A stretch of 64,000 nt of DNA from Nannocystis bainbridge (GTDB lineage Bacteria; Myxococcota_A; Polyangia; Nannocystales; Nannocystaceae): the NCBI RefSeq assembly GCF_028368995.1, contig NZ_JAQNDL010000002.1, positions 32,001 through 96,000 of the forward strand, read 5' to 3'. This document shows, piece after piece, positions 47,009 to 59,121 of this stretch. Positions within the stretch are counted from its first letter, which is position 1; the number at the start of each line of letters is the position of its first letter. The position numbers were made by a program, and so were the translations under genes. The notes under the pieces are model-generated. The model did not search any database. It saw nothing but the letters and a program-made list of their open reading frames with translations, and was not told where the DNA came from.

Positions 47009-48624
47009 GCGTGGACGCGGGGACCGGCGAGACCGAGGCGGAGCGGCGGGGCGACGAGCGGCCGGTGCTGCTGCGCGTCGAGGGGCTGGCGATCGCGCGG
47101 CCCGACGGCTCGCCGCTGGTCGAGGCGCTGACGCTGACGCTGCGCGCCGGCGAGACGGTGGCGGTGTTCGGGGCTAGCGGGGCCGGCAAGTCGACGCTGA
47201 TGGCGGCGCTGCACGACGCCGAGGGGCTGCGGGCGCGCGGCTTCGCGGTCCGTGCGGCCGCGTTCACGACGGCCGGCGCGGTCGGGATCGTGCCGCAGCG
47301 AGGGGCGCTGCTCGACCACCTCAGCGCGGCCGGTAACATCGCCCTGGCGCTGCGCAACGCCGACAAGCCGACGGCGGCCAGCGCGGCGGCGGTCGAGCGC
47401 TGGATCGCCGCGCTCGATCTGCCGCGGCGCTGGAGCGGGGGCGGGCAGGCGGTGGCGCACGTCAGCGGCGGCGAGGCGCAGCGGCTGGCGGTCGCGCGCA
47501 CGCTGGCGGGCGGGCGCCAGATCTTGCTGCTCGACGAGCCGTCGGTCGGGCTCGATCCGCTGCGCGTCGATCGGCTGGCGGCGGCGCTGCGCGGCCAGAT
47601 CGCTGGCCAGGGCGCGGCCGCGCTGGCGATCACCCACGACCTCGAATTCGCGGCGGGCTTCGCCGATCGCTTCCTCTACCTCGACCCGGCCGCGGGCCAG
47701 CTGGTCGAGCTGCCGATCGCCCGCGGCGAGTCGCCGGCGGCGACGGTCGCGGCGCTGGGGGCGGCGCTGCGCGAGCGCATGGCCCGAGAGACAGGTCATG
47801 CGGGCGGGGGCGCGCGCCGGCGCCTGGGGCCGCGGCTGCGAGCTGTCCTTCGGGACATGCTCGCTCCGTTCGCGGTGCTGGCCCGGGCGCTGGTGGCTGC
47901 CCCGGCGGCGCTGGTCCGGCCGCGCGATTTCTTCGAGGTGGCGCGGGTGACGTTCGCCCAGGGCCTGTGGCGGCCGCTCCTGTTCATCGCCGCGGTGTCG
48001 CTGCTGGTCGGGTTCACGCTGCTCTACATCTTCCACCGCGCGTTCTCGGGCGGCGGGGTGCCGGTGCGGCCGGACAAGATCTTCGCGCTGATCGGGTCGA
48101 TGCACGTGCTCGCGCTGGCGCCCCCGCTGTCGGGCATCCTGTTCGCGGCGACCTCGGGCAGCGCGGTCGCGGCCTGGCTCGGCGGGATGTCGCTGACGCG
48201 CCAGACGGCGGCGCTGCGCGGGCTCGGGATCGCCGAGGCGCGCTACCTGTGGCTGCCTGCGGTGCTCGGGCTGGCGCTGGCGTACGTGGTGCTGGCGGCG
48301 GTGTTCACCGGCGGGATGGTGCTCGGCGGGCTGCTCTACTTGAAGGTCCAGGTGCCGGCGCTCGCCGATCCGTGGGCCGTCGTCACCGCGGACTTGCTCG
48401 ATCCCCCGGCCGCGCGGGCGCCGTTCCGCGCGCGCGCGCTCGTGCTGGTCGCGCTGTACGCGGGCGGGATCGCGGCCGACGCGGTGGCGAAGGGGGCCAG
48501 CGACAAGGCCAGCGCAGACGCGGTGACGGCGGCGATGGTCCGCAGCGTGATGGCCTGTACGCTGTGGATCGTGGCGCTCGAGCTGGCGTCGCTGGTGGTG
48601 CTGTATGGCGCTCGCGGTGGATAA
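47005..48624 (+). CDS. Fused ABC ATPase and MlaE-type permease
   Basis: Walker A GASGAGKST, signature VSGGEAQR, Walker B LLLDEP, H-loop ITHD; C-terminal half LAPPLSGILFAATSGSAVAAWLGGM...QTAALRGLGI...YLWLP is MlaE-like. Confidence 0.75.
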   Translation: MSVDAGTGETEAERRGDERPVLLRVEGLAIARPDGSPLVEALTLTLRAGETVAVFGASGAGKSTLMAALHDAEGLRARGFAVRAAAFTTAGAVGIVPQRGALLDHLSAAGNIALALRNADKPTAASAAAVERWIAALDLPRRWSGGGQAVAHVSGGEAQRLAVARTLAGGRQILLLDEPSVGLDPLRVDRLAAALRGQIAGQGAAALAITHDLEFAAGFADRFLYLDPAAGQLVELPIARGESPAATVAALGAALRERMARETGHAGGGARRRLGPRLRAVLRDMLAPFAVLARALVAAPAALVRPRDFFEVARVTFAQGLWRPLLFIAAVSLLVGFTLLYIFHRAFSGGGVPVRPDKIFALIGSMHVLALAPPLSGILFAATSGSAVAAWLGGMSLTRQTAALRGLGIAEARYLWLPAVLGLALAYVVLAAVFTGGMVLGGLLYLKVQVPALADPWAVVTADLLDPPAARAPFRARALVLVALYAGGIAADAVAKGASDKASADAVTAAMVRSVMACTLWIVALELASLVVLYGARGG

Positions 48625-50326
48625 TTGGCGACTCGCGTCGATGGCCGGTCTGGCCGGGCTGGTGCTGGCGGGCGCGCTGCTGGCCGCCGGGCGCGGGGCG
48701 CTGATCGAGGCGGCGGCGATCGAGCCGTTCCGCGTCGAGGTGGCGTCGGCCCACGCGCCGGCCGCGGACGGGCGCTGGTCGGGGCGGGTGGTGCCGCCCG
48801 AGCTGACGGCGCGGACGGTCGTGCGCGTCGACGGGCAAGTCATCGATGATGCTTCTGGACATGTGCGAGAGGACATGTCCGATGGGACATTATCGGTCGC
48901 GCTGGGTGACGCGCCGGGGCTGCGGCTGATCGAGGTCGAGCTGCCGCGGCAGGGCGGCGCCGAGGTGGCGACCGACGCGGCGCTGATCGGGCCGTTCCGC
49001 GAGCGCTGGGGCGAGGGGCCGGAGTGTGGGGCGGGGGTGCGGGTCGCGGCGGCGGCGATCGATCGTCTGGTGCTGCCGCCGCTGCGGGCGAAGCTGCTGG
49101 CGGCGGCGCCGTCGATCGGGCTGCTCGGGCCGGCGACGACGATCGAGGAGGCGAGCGTGACGCTGCTCGGCGACGCGCTGTTCTTCCGGGTGGCGCTCGC
49201 GGGGGAGCACCGCATCGCGGTGGCAGGCAAGCTCGAGGTGCGGGTGGCCGGGTCGCGTCAGCTCGGCGTGCGGCTGGCTTCGCTCGGGCCGGTCGAGTTC
49301 TCCGGCACGCTGCGCACGCGGGCGACGCTCGGGGCCGCGGCGCTCGGGGCGGCCATCACCGGCCCGCTGGCGCCGCTCGGAGCGCTCGCCGGCTACGCGC
49401 TGGCGGACGGCTACATCGATCGGCGGGCGCGCCAGGAGGTCGAGACGCAGCTGACGGCGGCCCTGGCGGTGGCCAGCGCGATCCCGCTGATCCCGGAGCG
49501 CGCCGAGCTGATCGTCGGCGAGCCGCGCTCACGGGCGACGCTGGCGTTCTGCGCGGTGGCGATCGAGGCGGGCGGGATCGCGGCGCACCTGTCCGTTCGG
49601 CCAGATCGGCCGGAGCCGCGGACCGGCGAGGAGGCGGGCCGGGTGCGCACGCGCCTGGCGGCGATCCCGGGGCCGGCGCGGCACGGGCTGTCGCTGCCGC
49701 CGCTGCGGCCGGTGGCGCCGACGGCCGACGCGGAGGTCGAGCTCAGCCTCGACACGGTCGACGCGCTGCTCGACGCGTGGACGGCCAACGGGCTGCTCGG
49801 CGAATTGATGGGGCGGGCCCAGTGGGTCGAGCGGGTCGACGAGGAGCTGGGCGAGTGGACGACGCTCGGGCTGGAAGGCATCGAGGTGCGGCTGCCGCCG
49901 TCCCTGTCTCCGGGGACAGGTGACGGCTGGGCCCTGACGATCGCGGGGCTGCGGCTCGATCTGACGGGCAGCGAGGGCGACGATCCCGGCGAGGTGCTGG
50001 TGGCAGGGCGCGGGCTGGTGCGCCCGCACTACGACGGCGCGCGCGGGCGCATCGCCCTGGCGGGGACGATCGACCGCCTGCGCCTGTCCTGCGCCCGCGC
50101 GGGGGCGCTGTGGCCGTGCTTCGCGGCGCTGCTCGAGCTGGGCGACGTCGAGGCGAGGCTCGACGCGCTGCTGGCCCCGGGCGCGGCCGGGCTGCCGGGG
50201 ATCGACGTGCGGACGCTGCTGCGCGACGGGACGCAGGCGCTGCGCGAGGGCGGGCTGGAGCTGGCCGACCTGACGATCAGCTACCCGGCGCACGGGGTGC
50301 TGCGGGTGGCCGCCGAGGTGCGCTGA
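48605..50326 (+). CDS. Hypothetical membrane-anchored or exported protein
   Basis: N-terminal hydrophobic segment and beta-rich body; overlaps the end of the ABC fusion gene. Confidence 0.7.
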   Translation: MALAVDNWRLASMAGLAGLVLAGALLAAGRGALIEAAAIEPFRVEVASAHAPAADGRWSGRVVPPELTARTVVRVDGQVIDDASGHVREDMSDGTLSVALGDAPGLRLIEVELPRQGGAEVATDAALIGPFRERWGEGPECGAGVRVAAAAIDRLVLPPLRAKLLAAAPSIGLLGPATTIEEASVTLLGDALFFRVALAGEHRIAVAGKLEVRVAGSRQLGVRLASLGPVEFSGTLRTRATLGAAALGAAITGPLAPLGALAGYALADGYIDRRARQEVETQLTAALAVASAIPLIPERAELIVGEPRSRATLAFCAVAIEAGGIAAHLSVRPDRPEPRTGEEAGRVRTRLAAIPGPARHGLSLPPLRPVAPTADAEVELSLDTVDALLDAWTANGLLGELMGRAQWVERVDEELGEWTTLGLEGIEVRLPPSLSPGTGDGWALTIAGLRLDLTGSEGDDPGEVLVAGRGLVRPHYDGARGRIALAGTIDRLRLSCARAGALWPCFAALLELGDVEARLDALLAPGAAGLPGIDVRTLLRDGTQALREGGLELADLTISYPAHGVLRVAAEVR

Positions 50327-50386
50327 TCGGGGCGCCGGGCGGGTGACGAAGCAGGCGAGGCTGGCCGGGCACCCGTGCGGGGCCTG

Positions 50387-50482
50387 AGAGACATGGTCGA
50401 GACGACATGTCAAAGAGGACATGTCGAATGGCGCATGTTCATCGGGGCATGTCGCCAAGGACATGGCCCTCCAGACAGGCCG
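50387..50482. repeat. Longest 14-bp-phased CATG palindrome array (7 units), between convergent genes
   Basis: CATG at 50392, 50406, 50420, 50434, 50448 and 50462; CAGG at 50476. Confidence 0.9.
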
Positions 50483-50848
50483 TCAGTCTTGCTTGCGTGG
50501 GTCCTTGCGGTCGAAGCGCTCGCGGGCGCGGGCGATCTCGCCGCGGTGGCCGTCGGCCCAGGCGGCGAGCGCCTGCACCGGGTCGAGCAGGGTGCGGCCG
50601 AGGTCGGTCAGGTCGTAGTCGACGCGCGGGGGGTTCGTCGGGGTCACTGTCCGCGTCACCAGGCCGTCGCGCTCGAGGCCGCGGAGCGTCAGGGTCAGCA
50701 TTCGCTGCGAGATGCCGTCGATGGTCCGCCGCAGCTCGCTGAAGCGCAGCGGTCGGTCGCTCAACATGCTGACGACGAGCACGCTCCACTTGTCGCCGAC
50801 GCGGCTGAGGACGTCGCGCACCGCCAGGCAGGTCTCGTGCTGATGCAT
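50483..50848 (-). CDS. HxlR-family winged-helix regulator
   Basis: C...[34 protein letters not shown] and [11 protein letters not shown]. Confidence 0.9.
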   Translation of the reverse strand: MHQHETCLAVRDVLSRVGDKWSVLVVSMLSDRPLRFSELRRTIDGISQRMLTLTLRGLERDGLVTRTVTPTNPPRVDYDLTDLGRTLLDPVQALAAWADGHRGEIARARERFDRKDPRKQD

Positions 50849-50923
50849 GTCGCGGGCTCGGTTCCCTTTCATAACCCAGGCTGCAAGCGGGATGAAGCCG
50901 TCCTGGACGGGCCCGGCGGCAGG

Positions 50924-52204
50924 TCAGCGGCGGCGCGGTCGCCTGGCTGCGCGCGCGCCGGGCAGCTCGGCCTCGGCGGCGACGGCCTCGAGGCGGCGGC
51001 CGATGTCCGCGATCGTGGCCGGGGCGACGTCGACCGCGCGGGCTTCACGAGGCCAGCGCGTCAGGGCCGCACGCACCTCGTCGACGATCGCCTGCGCGGC
51101 CTTCTCGTCGATGCCGGCGCGACGGGCGAGGCGCAGCAGGTGCTGCCAGGTCGGGCGGCGGCCCTCGCCGTCGAGCGTCATGGTGTGCTCGCCGCCGGGA
51201 CCGGCGACGAAGTTGAGGTCGTAGGCGGGGGACAGGCGCCAACCACCCTCGCGGTCCATGAGGAAGGAGAAGTTCTTGCCGTGGTCGTCGCGGTTGTGCG
51301 CGAGCACGTTGAACACCATCTGCCGGTAGGCCCGGCGCACGTCCGGCTGGGCGCGCGTGAGGTGCATGGTGACGCGCAGCAGCATGTCGTAGTCGAGGTT
51401 CGGCTCGCGGAAGTCGGCGTCGAGCAGGCCGGCGAGGGTGTGGACGTGGGTGCGCGCGCCGGCCTCGTCGCGGTCGAACCGGCGCACGCCGAAGAAGCGC
51501 TGGCCGCTTTTGGTAGCGAACAGCCGCGTGTCCGGGACCTCGAGCCCGGCGTGGCGCGCCAGGCGGGCGTAGACGTGCTCGATCGCCCCCGCGTCGCGCT
51601 GCTCGTCGCCGGCCCAGAACTTGATCAGCCACGGCTCGTGGTCGGGCGGCGGCACGGCTGTCCCAAAGACCATGCTGTCCCCGCGGACAGCCACGAGGAT
51701 CTTCGGCCGCGCGCCGCCGGGCGAACCACCGGCGTGCTGCAGTACCGGCAAGAGCTCGGACGGGTGGCCCCGGTAGACCTCCTCGGCGGCGGCGGCGAGC
51801 TTGTCGAGGGCGATCGATCGATCGGCGACCGGCTCGGCGTCGGTGCACGGGTGGAAGGTCAAGGCGCCCATGGTGCGGGCGCCGAGGTGGGCCAGGCGAT
51901 CGAGCGGCGACAGCTGCTCGGGGGCGAGGCCGCGCTTGCGAAACAGCCGGTCCATCAGCAACAGGCCCCAGCCGTCGGGCAGGGCGTCGGCGAACACGCC
52001 GTGCAGGCGGGTGGCCGCCGGGGCCTTGAAGATGCCTGGCTGAAGGGCCAGCTTGAGCGGCGAGATCGACGGGCCGCGGGCCAGCCAGGTCGGCTCGTAC
52101 TCGAAGTAGATCGCCCGCTCGTGCAGCAGCAGGTGGCCGACGATCGGCGTGTCCCCGGCGCCGAGCTCGAGCCGGACCTCGATCTTGTGGATCGCCGCGT
52201 TCAC
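50924..52204 (-). CDS. hipA: HipA-family Ser/Thr kinase toxin
   Basis: FEY..W...ISP, ALPDGWG, GGSPGGARPK, WLIKF, RFDR, HNRDDHGKNFS and LSPAYDL. Confidence 0.9.
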   Translation of the reverse strand: MNAAIHKIEVRLELGAGDTPIVGHLLLHERAIYFEYEPTWLARGPSISPLKLALQPGIFKAPAATRLHGVFADALPDGWGLLLMDRLFRKRGLAPEQLSPLDRLAHLGARTMGALTFHPCTDAEPVADRSIALDKLAAAAEEVYRGHPSELLPVLQHAGGSPGGARPKILVAVRGDSMVFGTAVPPPDHEPWLIKFWAGDEQRDAGAIEHVYARLARHAGLEVPDTRLFATKSGQRFFGVRRFDRDEAGARTHVHTLAGLLDADFREPNLDYDMLLRVTMHLTRAQPDVRRAYRQMVFNVLAHNRDDHGKNFSFLMDREGGWRLSPAYDLNFVAGPGGEHTMTLDGEGRRPTWQHLLRLARRAGIDEKAAQAIVDEVRAALTRWPREARAVDVAPATIADIGRRLEAVAAEAELPGARAARRPRRR

Positions 52205-52494
52205 CGGCGACCTCGCTGGCGCACGGGCGCCTGGCCGCGCTGCTCGAGCTCGGCCAGCGAGCGCGCGGGCGGCGGGGCGAACAGCGCCTCGAACTGCTCG
52301 AGGCAGCCGAGCGCGAGCGCCAGGCGGAGCAGGTTGTCGAGCGCGATCTGGCCGGTCGTCTCGAATCGCTTGACCGTGCCGGCGCTGATGCCGGCCCGCT
52401 CGGCCAGGGTCTCTCGCCGCCAGTCACGCGCCAGCCGGAGCTCTTTCAGCCGCCCCGCCAGCCGCTGCGCGACCTCCTCGGTAGTGAAGAGCAT
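52201..52494 (-). CDS. Xre/HipB-like HTH antitoxin
   Basis: LKELRLARDWRRETLAERAGISAGTVKRFE; GTGA overlap with hipA. Confidence 0.85.
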   Translation of the reverse strand: MLFTTEEVAQRLAGRLKELRLARDWRRETLAERAGISAGTVKRFETTGQIALDNLLRLALALGCLEQFEALFAPPPARSLAELEQRGQAPVRQRGRR

Positions 52495-52501
52495 ACGGGG
52501 T

Positions 52502-52529
52502 ATTATATGCGCCTTTATGGGGCTGACAA
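52502..52529 (-). promoter_or_regulatory. Sigma70-like promoter of the TA operon, leaderless geometry
   Basis: TTGTCA-N16-TATAAT on the minus strand, 7 nt before the ATG, in an AT-rich patch. Confidence 0.65.
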
Positions 52530-52577
52530 CGAGGTTGAGGGTAGAATATTGGCTGTTCTGGCCGAGGCCCGGACGCG

Positions 52578-52611
52578 AAAAAGCCCGCCGCCTCGAGCGA
52601 GGGGCGGGCTT
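52578..52611 (-). terminator. Rho-independent terminator of pntAB
   Basis: Minus strand reads AAGCCCGCC-CCTCGCTCGAGGC-GGCGGGCTTTTT. Confidence 0.75.
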
Positions 52612-52631
52612 CACCGCGGGCGCGGAGGAGC

Positions 52632-54044
52632 TCAGCCGCGCAGCTTGCCGAGCAGGGCGTCGACGTTCTTCTTGGCGTCGCCGTAGAGCATGCGGGTGTT
52701 TTCTTTGTAGAAGAGCGGGTTGTCGACGCCGGCGTAGCCGACGCCTTTGCCGCGCTTCATCACCACCACGGTCTTGGCCTTCCACACCTCGATCACGGGC
52801 ATGCCGGCGATCGGGCTCGACGGGTCGTCCTGGGCGCCAGGGTTGACGATGTCGTTGGCGCCGATCACCAGCACGAGGTCGGTGTTGGGGCAGTCGTGGT
52901 TGATCTCGTCCATCTCGAGGACGATGTCGTAGGGCACGTTGGCCTCGGCCAGCAGCACGTTCATGTGGCCGGGCAGGCGGCCCGCGACCGGGTGGATGGC
53001 GAAGCGGAAGTTGGCGCCGGCCTTGCGCAGGAGCTTGGCGATCTCGGCGACCGGGTGCTGCGCCTGGGCGACGGCCATGCCGTAGCCGGGCACGACCATG
53101 ATGTTGCGAGCGGAGCGCATCAGCTCGACGGTGCCGTCGAGGTCGACCTCGCGGCACTCGCCGACCGGCTGGGCCGCGGCGCCCTTGGGGACGGCCGCGC
53201 CGCCGTCGGAGCCGAAGCCGCCGGCGATGACGCTGATGAACGAGCGGTTCATCGCCCGGCACATGATGTACGAGAGGATCGCGCCCGAGCTGCCGACCAG
53301 CGCGCCGGTGACGATCAGGAGGTCGTTGTTCAGCATGAAGCCGGCGGCCGCGGCGGCCCAGCCGGAGTAGCTGTTGAGCATCGACACGACGACGGGCATG
53401 TCGGCGCCGCCGATGGCCATGACCATGTGCACGCCGATCACGCTGGCGATGCCGGTCATGATCAGCAGCGGGGTGAGGCCGTGGTGCGGGTCGGCCAGGA
53501 ACTGCCAGCCGAAGAACACGCAGCCGAGCAGCAGCGCCAGGTTGAGCAGGTGGCGGCCGGGCAGGGTCAGCGGCCGGCCGCCGATGCTGCCGCGCAGCTT
53601 GAGGAAGGCGATGATCGAGCCGGTGAAGGTGATCGCGCCGATGAACACGCCGATGTAGACCTCGACGTTGTGGATCGTGTCGGCGTGGTTGCCGGCGCCG
53701 AGGAACGACGAAAGGCCGACCAGCACCGCCGCGGCGCCGACGAAGCTGTGCAGCACGGCGACCAGCTCGGGCATCGCGGTCATGGCGACGCGCGCGGCCA
53801 GGACGGCGCCGATGAGCGCGCCGGGGACGATCGCGGCGGCGAGGATGGCGAAGCCGCTGCCGCTGATGTTCATCACCTTGTCGGCGTTCATGCCGATGGC
53901 GGTGGCGATGACGGCGAGCAGCATGCCGATCATGCCGTAGACGTTGCCGCGGCGGGCGGTGTCCTGGCGCGAGAGGCCGCCGAGGCTGAGGATGAACAGC
54001 GCGCTGGCGGCGATGTAGATGACGGTGAGGAGGCTGAACGACAT
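52632..54044 (-). CDS. pntB: NAD(P) transhydrogenase subunit beta
   Basis: [62 protein letters not shown] and GANDIVNP. Confidence 0.95.
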   Translation of the reverse strand: MSFSLLTVIYIAASALFILSLGGLSRQDTARRGNVYGMIGMLLAVIATAIGMNADKVMNISGSGFAILAAAIVPGALIGAVLAARVAMTAMPELVAVLHSFVGAAAVLVGLSSFLGAGNHADTIHNVEVYIGVFIGAITFTGSIIAFLKLRGSIGGRPLTLPGRHLLNLALLLGCVFFGWQFLADPHHGLTPLLIMTGIASVIGVHMVMAIGGADMPVVVSMLNSYSGWAAAAAGFMLNNDLLIVTGALVGSSGAILSYIMCRAMNRSFISVIAGGFGSDGGAAVPKGAAAQPVGECREVDLDGTVELMRSARNIMVVPGYGMAVAQAQHPVAEIAKLLRKAGANFRFAIHPVAGRLPGHMNVLLAEANVPYDIVLEMDEINHDCPNTDLVLVIGANDIVNPGAQDDPSSPIAGMPVIEVWKAKTVVVMKRGKGVGYAGVDNPLFYKENTRMLYGDAKKNVDALLGKLRG

Positions 54045-54062
54045 CGTGGTGGTCCCCGCCGC

Positions 54063-55658
54063 TTACTTGCGGAACATCTTCAGCATGCGCTGGGTGACGA
54101 GGAAGCCGCCGGCGACGTTGATCATCGCCAGCAAGATGGCAGCCGCGCCGAGCAAGGTCGCGGCCGAGGTCGGGGCGCCCGAGATCTGCAGCATGCCGCC
54201 GATGATGATGATGCCGCTGATCGCGTTGGTGACGCTCATCAGCGGGGTGTGCAGGGCCGGGGAGACGCTCCACACGACCTGGTAGCCGATGAAGCAGGCC
54301 AGGACGAACACGGTGAAGTGGCTGAGGAAGCTCGACTTGTCGTCGACGCCGAAGCCGATGCCGATCAGCAGGAGGCCGGCGAACAGCAGCGGCCACGGGC
54401 TCGACTCGCCCGCGGGCGGGCCGTGGCCGTGACCGTGGCTCCTCGGCGGCGGGGCCGAGGGGCGCGGGGGCTCGGGCGCGGGGGCGACCGGCGCGGCGGG
54501 CTTGGATGCAGCGGGAGCGGCGGCGGGCGCGGGCGCGGCGGCGGGGCGCGGCGGCGGCCACTTGATCTCGCCGTGGTGGGTGATGAGGCAGCCGCGCACG
54601 ACCTCGTCGTTCTCGTCGATGCGGAAGTTGGCGGCCTTGCCCATGTCGTCGAGCAGGTGGCACAGGTTGGTGCCGTAGAGCTGGCTCGACTGCGCGGCCA
54701 TGCGGCTCGGCAGGTCGGTGAAGCCGATGATCGTGACGCCGCCGTGCACGATCTTCTCGCCCGGCGAGGTCAGCTCGCAGTTGCCACCTGTCTCGGCGGC
54801 CAGGTCGACGATGACCGAGCCGGGCTTCATGCGCTCGACCATGTCGCGCAAGATCAGCTTGGGCGCCGGCTTGCCGGGGATCAGCGCCGTCGTGACGATG
54901 ATGTCGACCTCTTCGGCCTGGCGGCGGAACAGGTCCATCTCGGCGGCGATGAAGGCCGGGCTCATCTCCTTGGCGTAGCCGCCGACGCCGGTGCCGTCCT
55001 CGTGGAAGTCGAGCTCGAGGAACTCGGCGCCCATGCTCTCGACCTGCTCCTTGACGACGGGGCGGGTGTCGAAGGCGCGGACGATCGCACCGAGGCCGCG
55101 GCCGACGCCGATGACGGCGAGGCCGGCCACGCCGGCGCCGATGACCATGAGCTTGGCCGGCGGGACCTTGCCGGCGGCGGTGATCTGGCCGGTGAAGAAG
55201 CGGCCGAAGCTGTTGGCGGCCTCGATGACGGCGCGGTAGCCGGAGATGTTGCCCATCGACGACAGCGCGTCGAGCTTCTGCGCGCGAGAGATCCGCGGCA
55301 CCGCGTCCATGGCCAGCACCGTGACGCCGCGGCCGCGCAGGCGCTCGACCAGGTCGGGGTTCTGCGCCGGCCAGATGAAGCTGATGAGCACCTGGCCCTC
55401 GCGCGCGAGGTCGACCTCGAAGCTACTCGGCGCGCGGACCTTGAGGACGATGTCGACCTGGCCCCAAAGACCTTCGGCGTCGGCCGCGATGCCGCAGCCG
55501 ACGCTGGCGTAGGCGTCGTCGCCGAACTCGGCGGCCGCACCGGCACCGCTCTCGACCACCACGGAGAAGCCCTGGCTCTGCAGGCGCTTGGCGGTGTCTG
55601 GGGTGGCAGCCACCCGGCGCTCGCCAGGGTAGATCTCCTTCGGAATGCCGATCTTCAT
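54063..55658 (-). CDS. pntA: NAD(P) transhydrogenase subunit alpha, fused type with Pro/Ala-rich linker
   Basis: MKIGIPKE...[29 protein letters not shown] and [14 protein letters not shown]. Confidence 0.95.
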   Translation of the reverse strand: MKIGIPKEIYPGERRVAATPDTAKRLQSQGFSVVVESGAGAAAEFGDDAYASVGCGIAADAEGLWGQVDIVLKVRAPSSFEVDLAREGQVLISFIWPAQNPDLVERLRGRGVTVLAMDAVPRISRAQKLDALSSMGNISGYRAVIEAANSFGRFFTGQITAAGKVPPAKLMVIGAGVAGLAVIGVGRGLGAIVRAFDTRPVVKEQVESMGAEFLELDFHEDGTGVGGYAKEMSPAFIAAEMDLFRRQAEEVDIIVTTALIPGKPAPKLILRDMVERMKPGSVIVDLAAETGGNCELTSPGEKIVHGGVTIIGFTDLPSRMAAQSSQLYGTNLCHLLDDMGKAANFRIDENDEVVRGCLITHHGEIKWPPPRPAAAPAPAAAPAASKPAAPVAPAPEPPRPSAPPPRSHGHGHGPPAGESSPWPLLFAGLLLIGIGFGVDDKSSFLSHFTVFVLACFIGYQVVWSVSPALHTPLMSVTNAISGIIIIGGMLQISGAPTSAATLLGAAAILLAMINVAGGFLVTQRMLKMFRK

Positions 55659-55853
55659 AGCTTTGCAGGCTTGCAAGGCGGACCCAACGAGGCCGCGGCA
55701 GCCGGGCCGAGAGATATCACGAGGGCCGGCGCGGCTCTACCGTTTCCTCGCCGGAGTCGGCAAATCTCGGCGCGCGGAGCCCGGCCGCGGGCGTGTGAGC
55801 TTGAGCGGCCCCGCTGTCGCACGACCTCGCCTCGGCCGAGGCTAGCCTCGGCC

Positions 55854-56338
<485 letters not shown>

Positions 56339-56342
<4 letters not shown>

Positions 56343-56947
56343 ACGAGCCGCGGGTCGAGGGCTTTCGCGGCGGGGCGACCGAGCTGCGCGGGCTGCTCGG
56401 GCGGGCCTTCTGCGACAACCCCGGGATGGTCGCGACGCTCGGCGACGCGCGGCCGCGACGGCTGGCGCGCGCGACCCGATTGATGGGCGGCATGACCGGC
56501 ACGGCGCTGGCGAGCGGGACGGTCGAGGTGGTCCGCGCGGGCGGCCGGGTGGCGGCGACGAGCCTGTCTTATGGGCCAGATCAGAAGCCGAGCGGGCGGG
56601 CGCTGGTGCCGATGTACCTGGCGGGTCTCTCGACGGGGCCGCGCTGCCTGATCCGGCTGCTGCGCCTCGACGAGTTCCTGCGCACGCATCACCCGCGGGT
56701 GCCGCACTTCTTCCTCGCGGTGCTCGGGGTCGAGCCGGAGATGCAGGGCCGTCAGCTCGGCTCGGCGCTGCTGCGGGCGCTGTCGGCCCGCGCCGACGCG
56801 GCCGGGCTGCCGTGTTACCTCGAGACCGACCGCGAGCCGGCCAAGCGGCTGTACATGCGCCACGGCTACGAGGTGGTCGGCGAGCACGAGCTCGAGAACC
56901 TCGGCGGGGTGCGGTTCTGGCGGATGCAGCGACCGCCGGCGCGGTAG
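56339..56947 (+). CDS. GNAT-family N-acetyltransferase
   Basis: RAFCDNP, HFFLAVLGVEPEMQGRQLGSALL, CYLET and LYMRHGY. Confidence 0.85.
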
Positions 56948-57067
56948 TGATTCGCCGTCACTCGTGCGACGGGGTCGCGCGCATCGCCGGCGCGCAGTGA
57001 TTCGCGTCCGTCGCCGGCGACGGATTTCACGAGTCGTGCGGAGCGCCGGCGCGGTGGTGATGCGCCG

Positions 57068-57074
<7 letters not shown>
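56934..57074. repeat. 31-bp direct repeats flanking a perfect 18-bp palindrome at the glmS 3' end
   Basis: CGCCGGCGCGGT(A/G)GTGAT(T/G)CGCCGTCACTCG at 56934 and 57044, with a partial copy at 56985; TCCGTCGCCGGCGACGGA at 57007-57024. Confidence 0.7.
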
Positions 57075-58927
<1,853 letters not shown>

Positions 58928-59121
58928 GACTGGAATCTCCTGCCGAGAGAGGGGCGCGGGCCGTCCGGAGCGCCGGGGAGGCCGTGAGGCGAAACCCGGC
59001 GGGCCGTGGATCGAGTCCCGGAAAAGCTGCGGTGCTCGGCCCGCGGGCCCCGTACGCGCGAAGGGGGCCTCGCGCTTCCGCGGGGCCCCCCTGGGGTATC
59101 ACGAGCCGCTGCCGCGGTCGA

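Noticed and set aside
50387-50482. Resemblance of GGACATGTCC to the p53 half-site RRRCWWGYYY
   Set aside because: A short palindrome match is probably coincidental. Canonical p53 half-sites are usually adjacent, and no such protein is evident here.
58928-59121. glmS ribozyme upstream of glmS
   Set aside because: The conserved AGCGCC...GACGAGG core is not found on the glmS sense strand.
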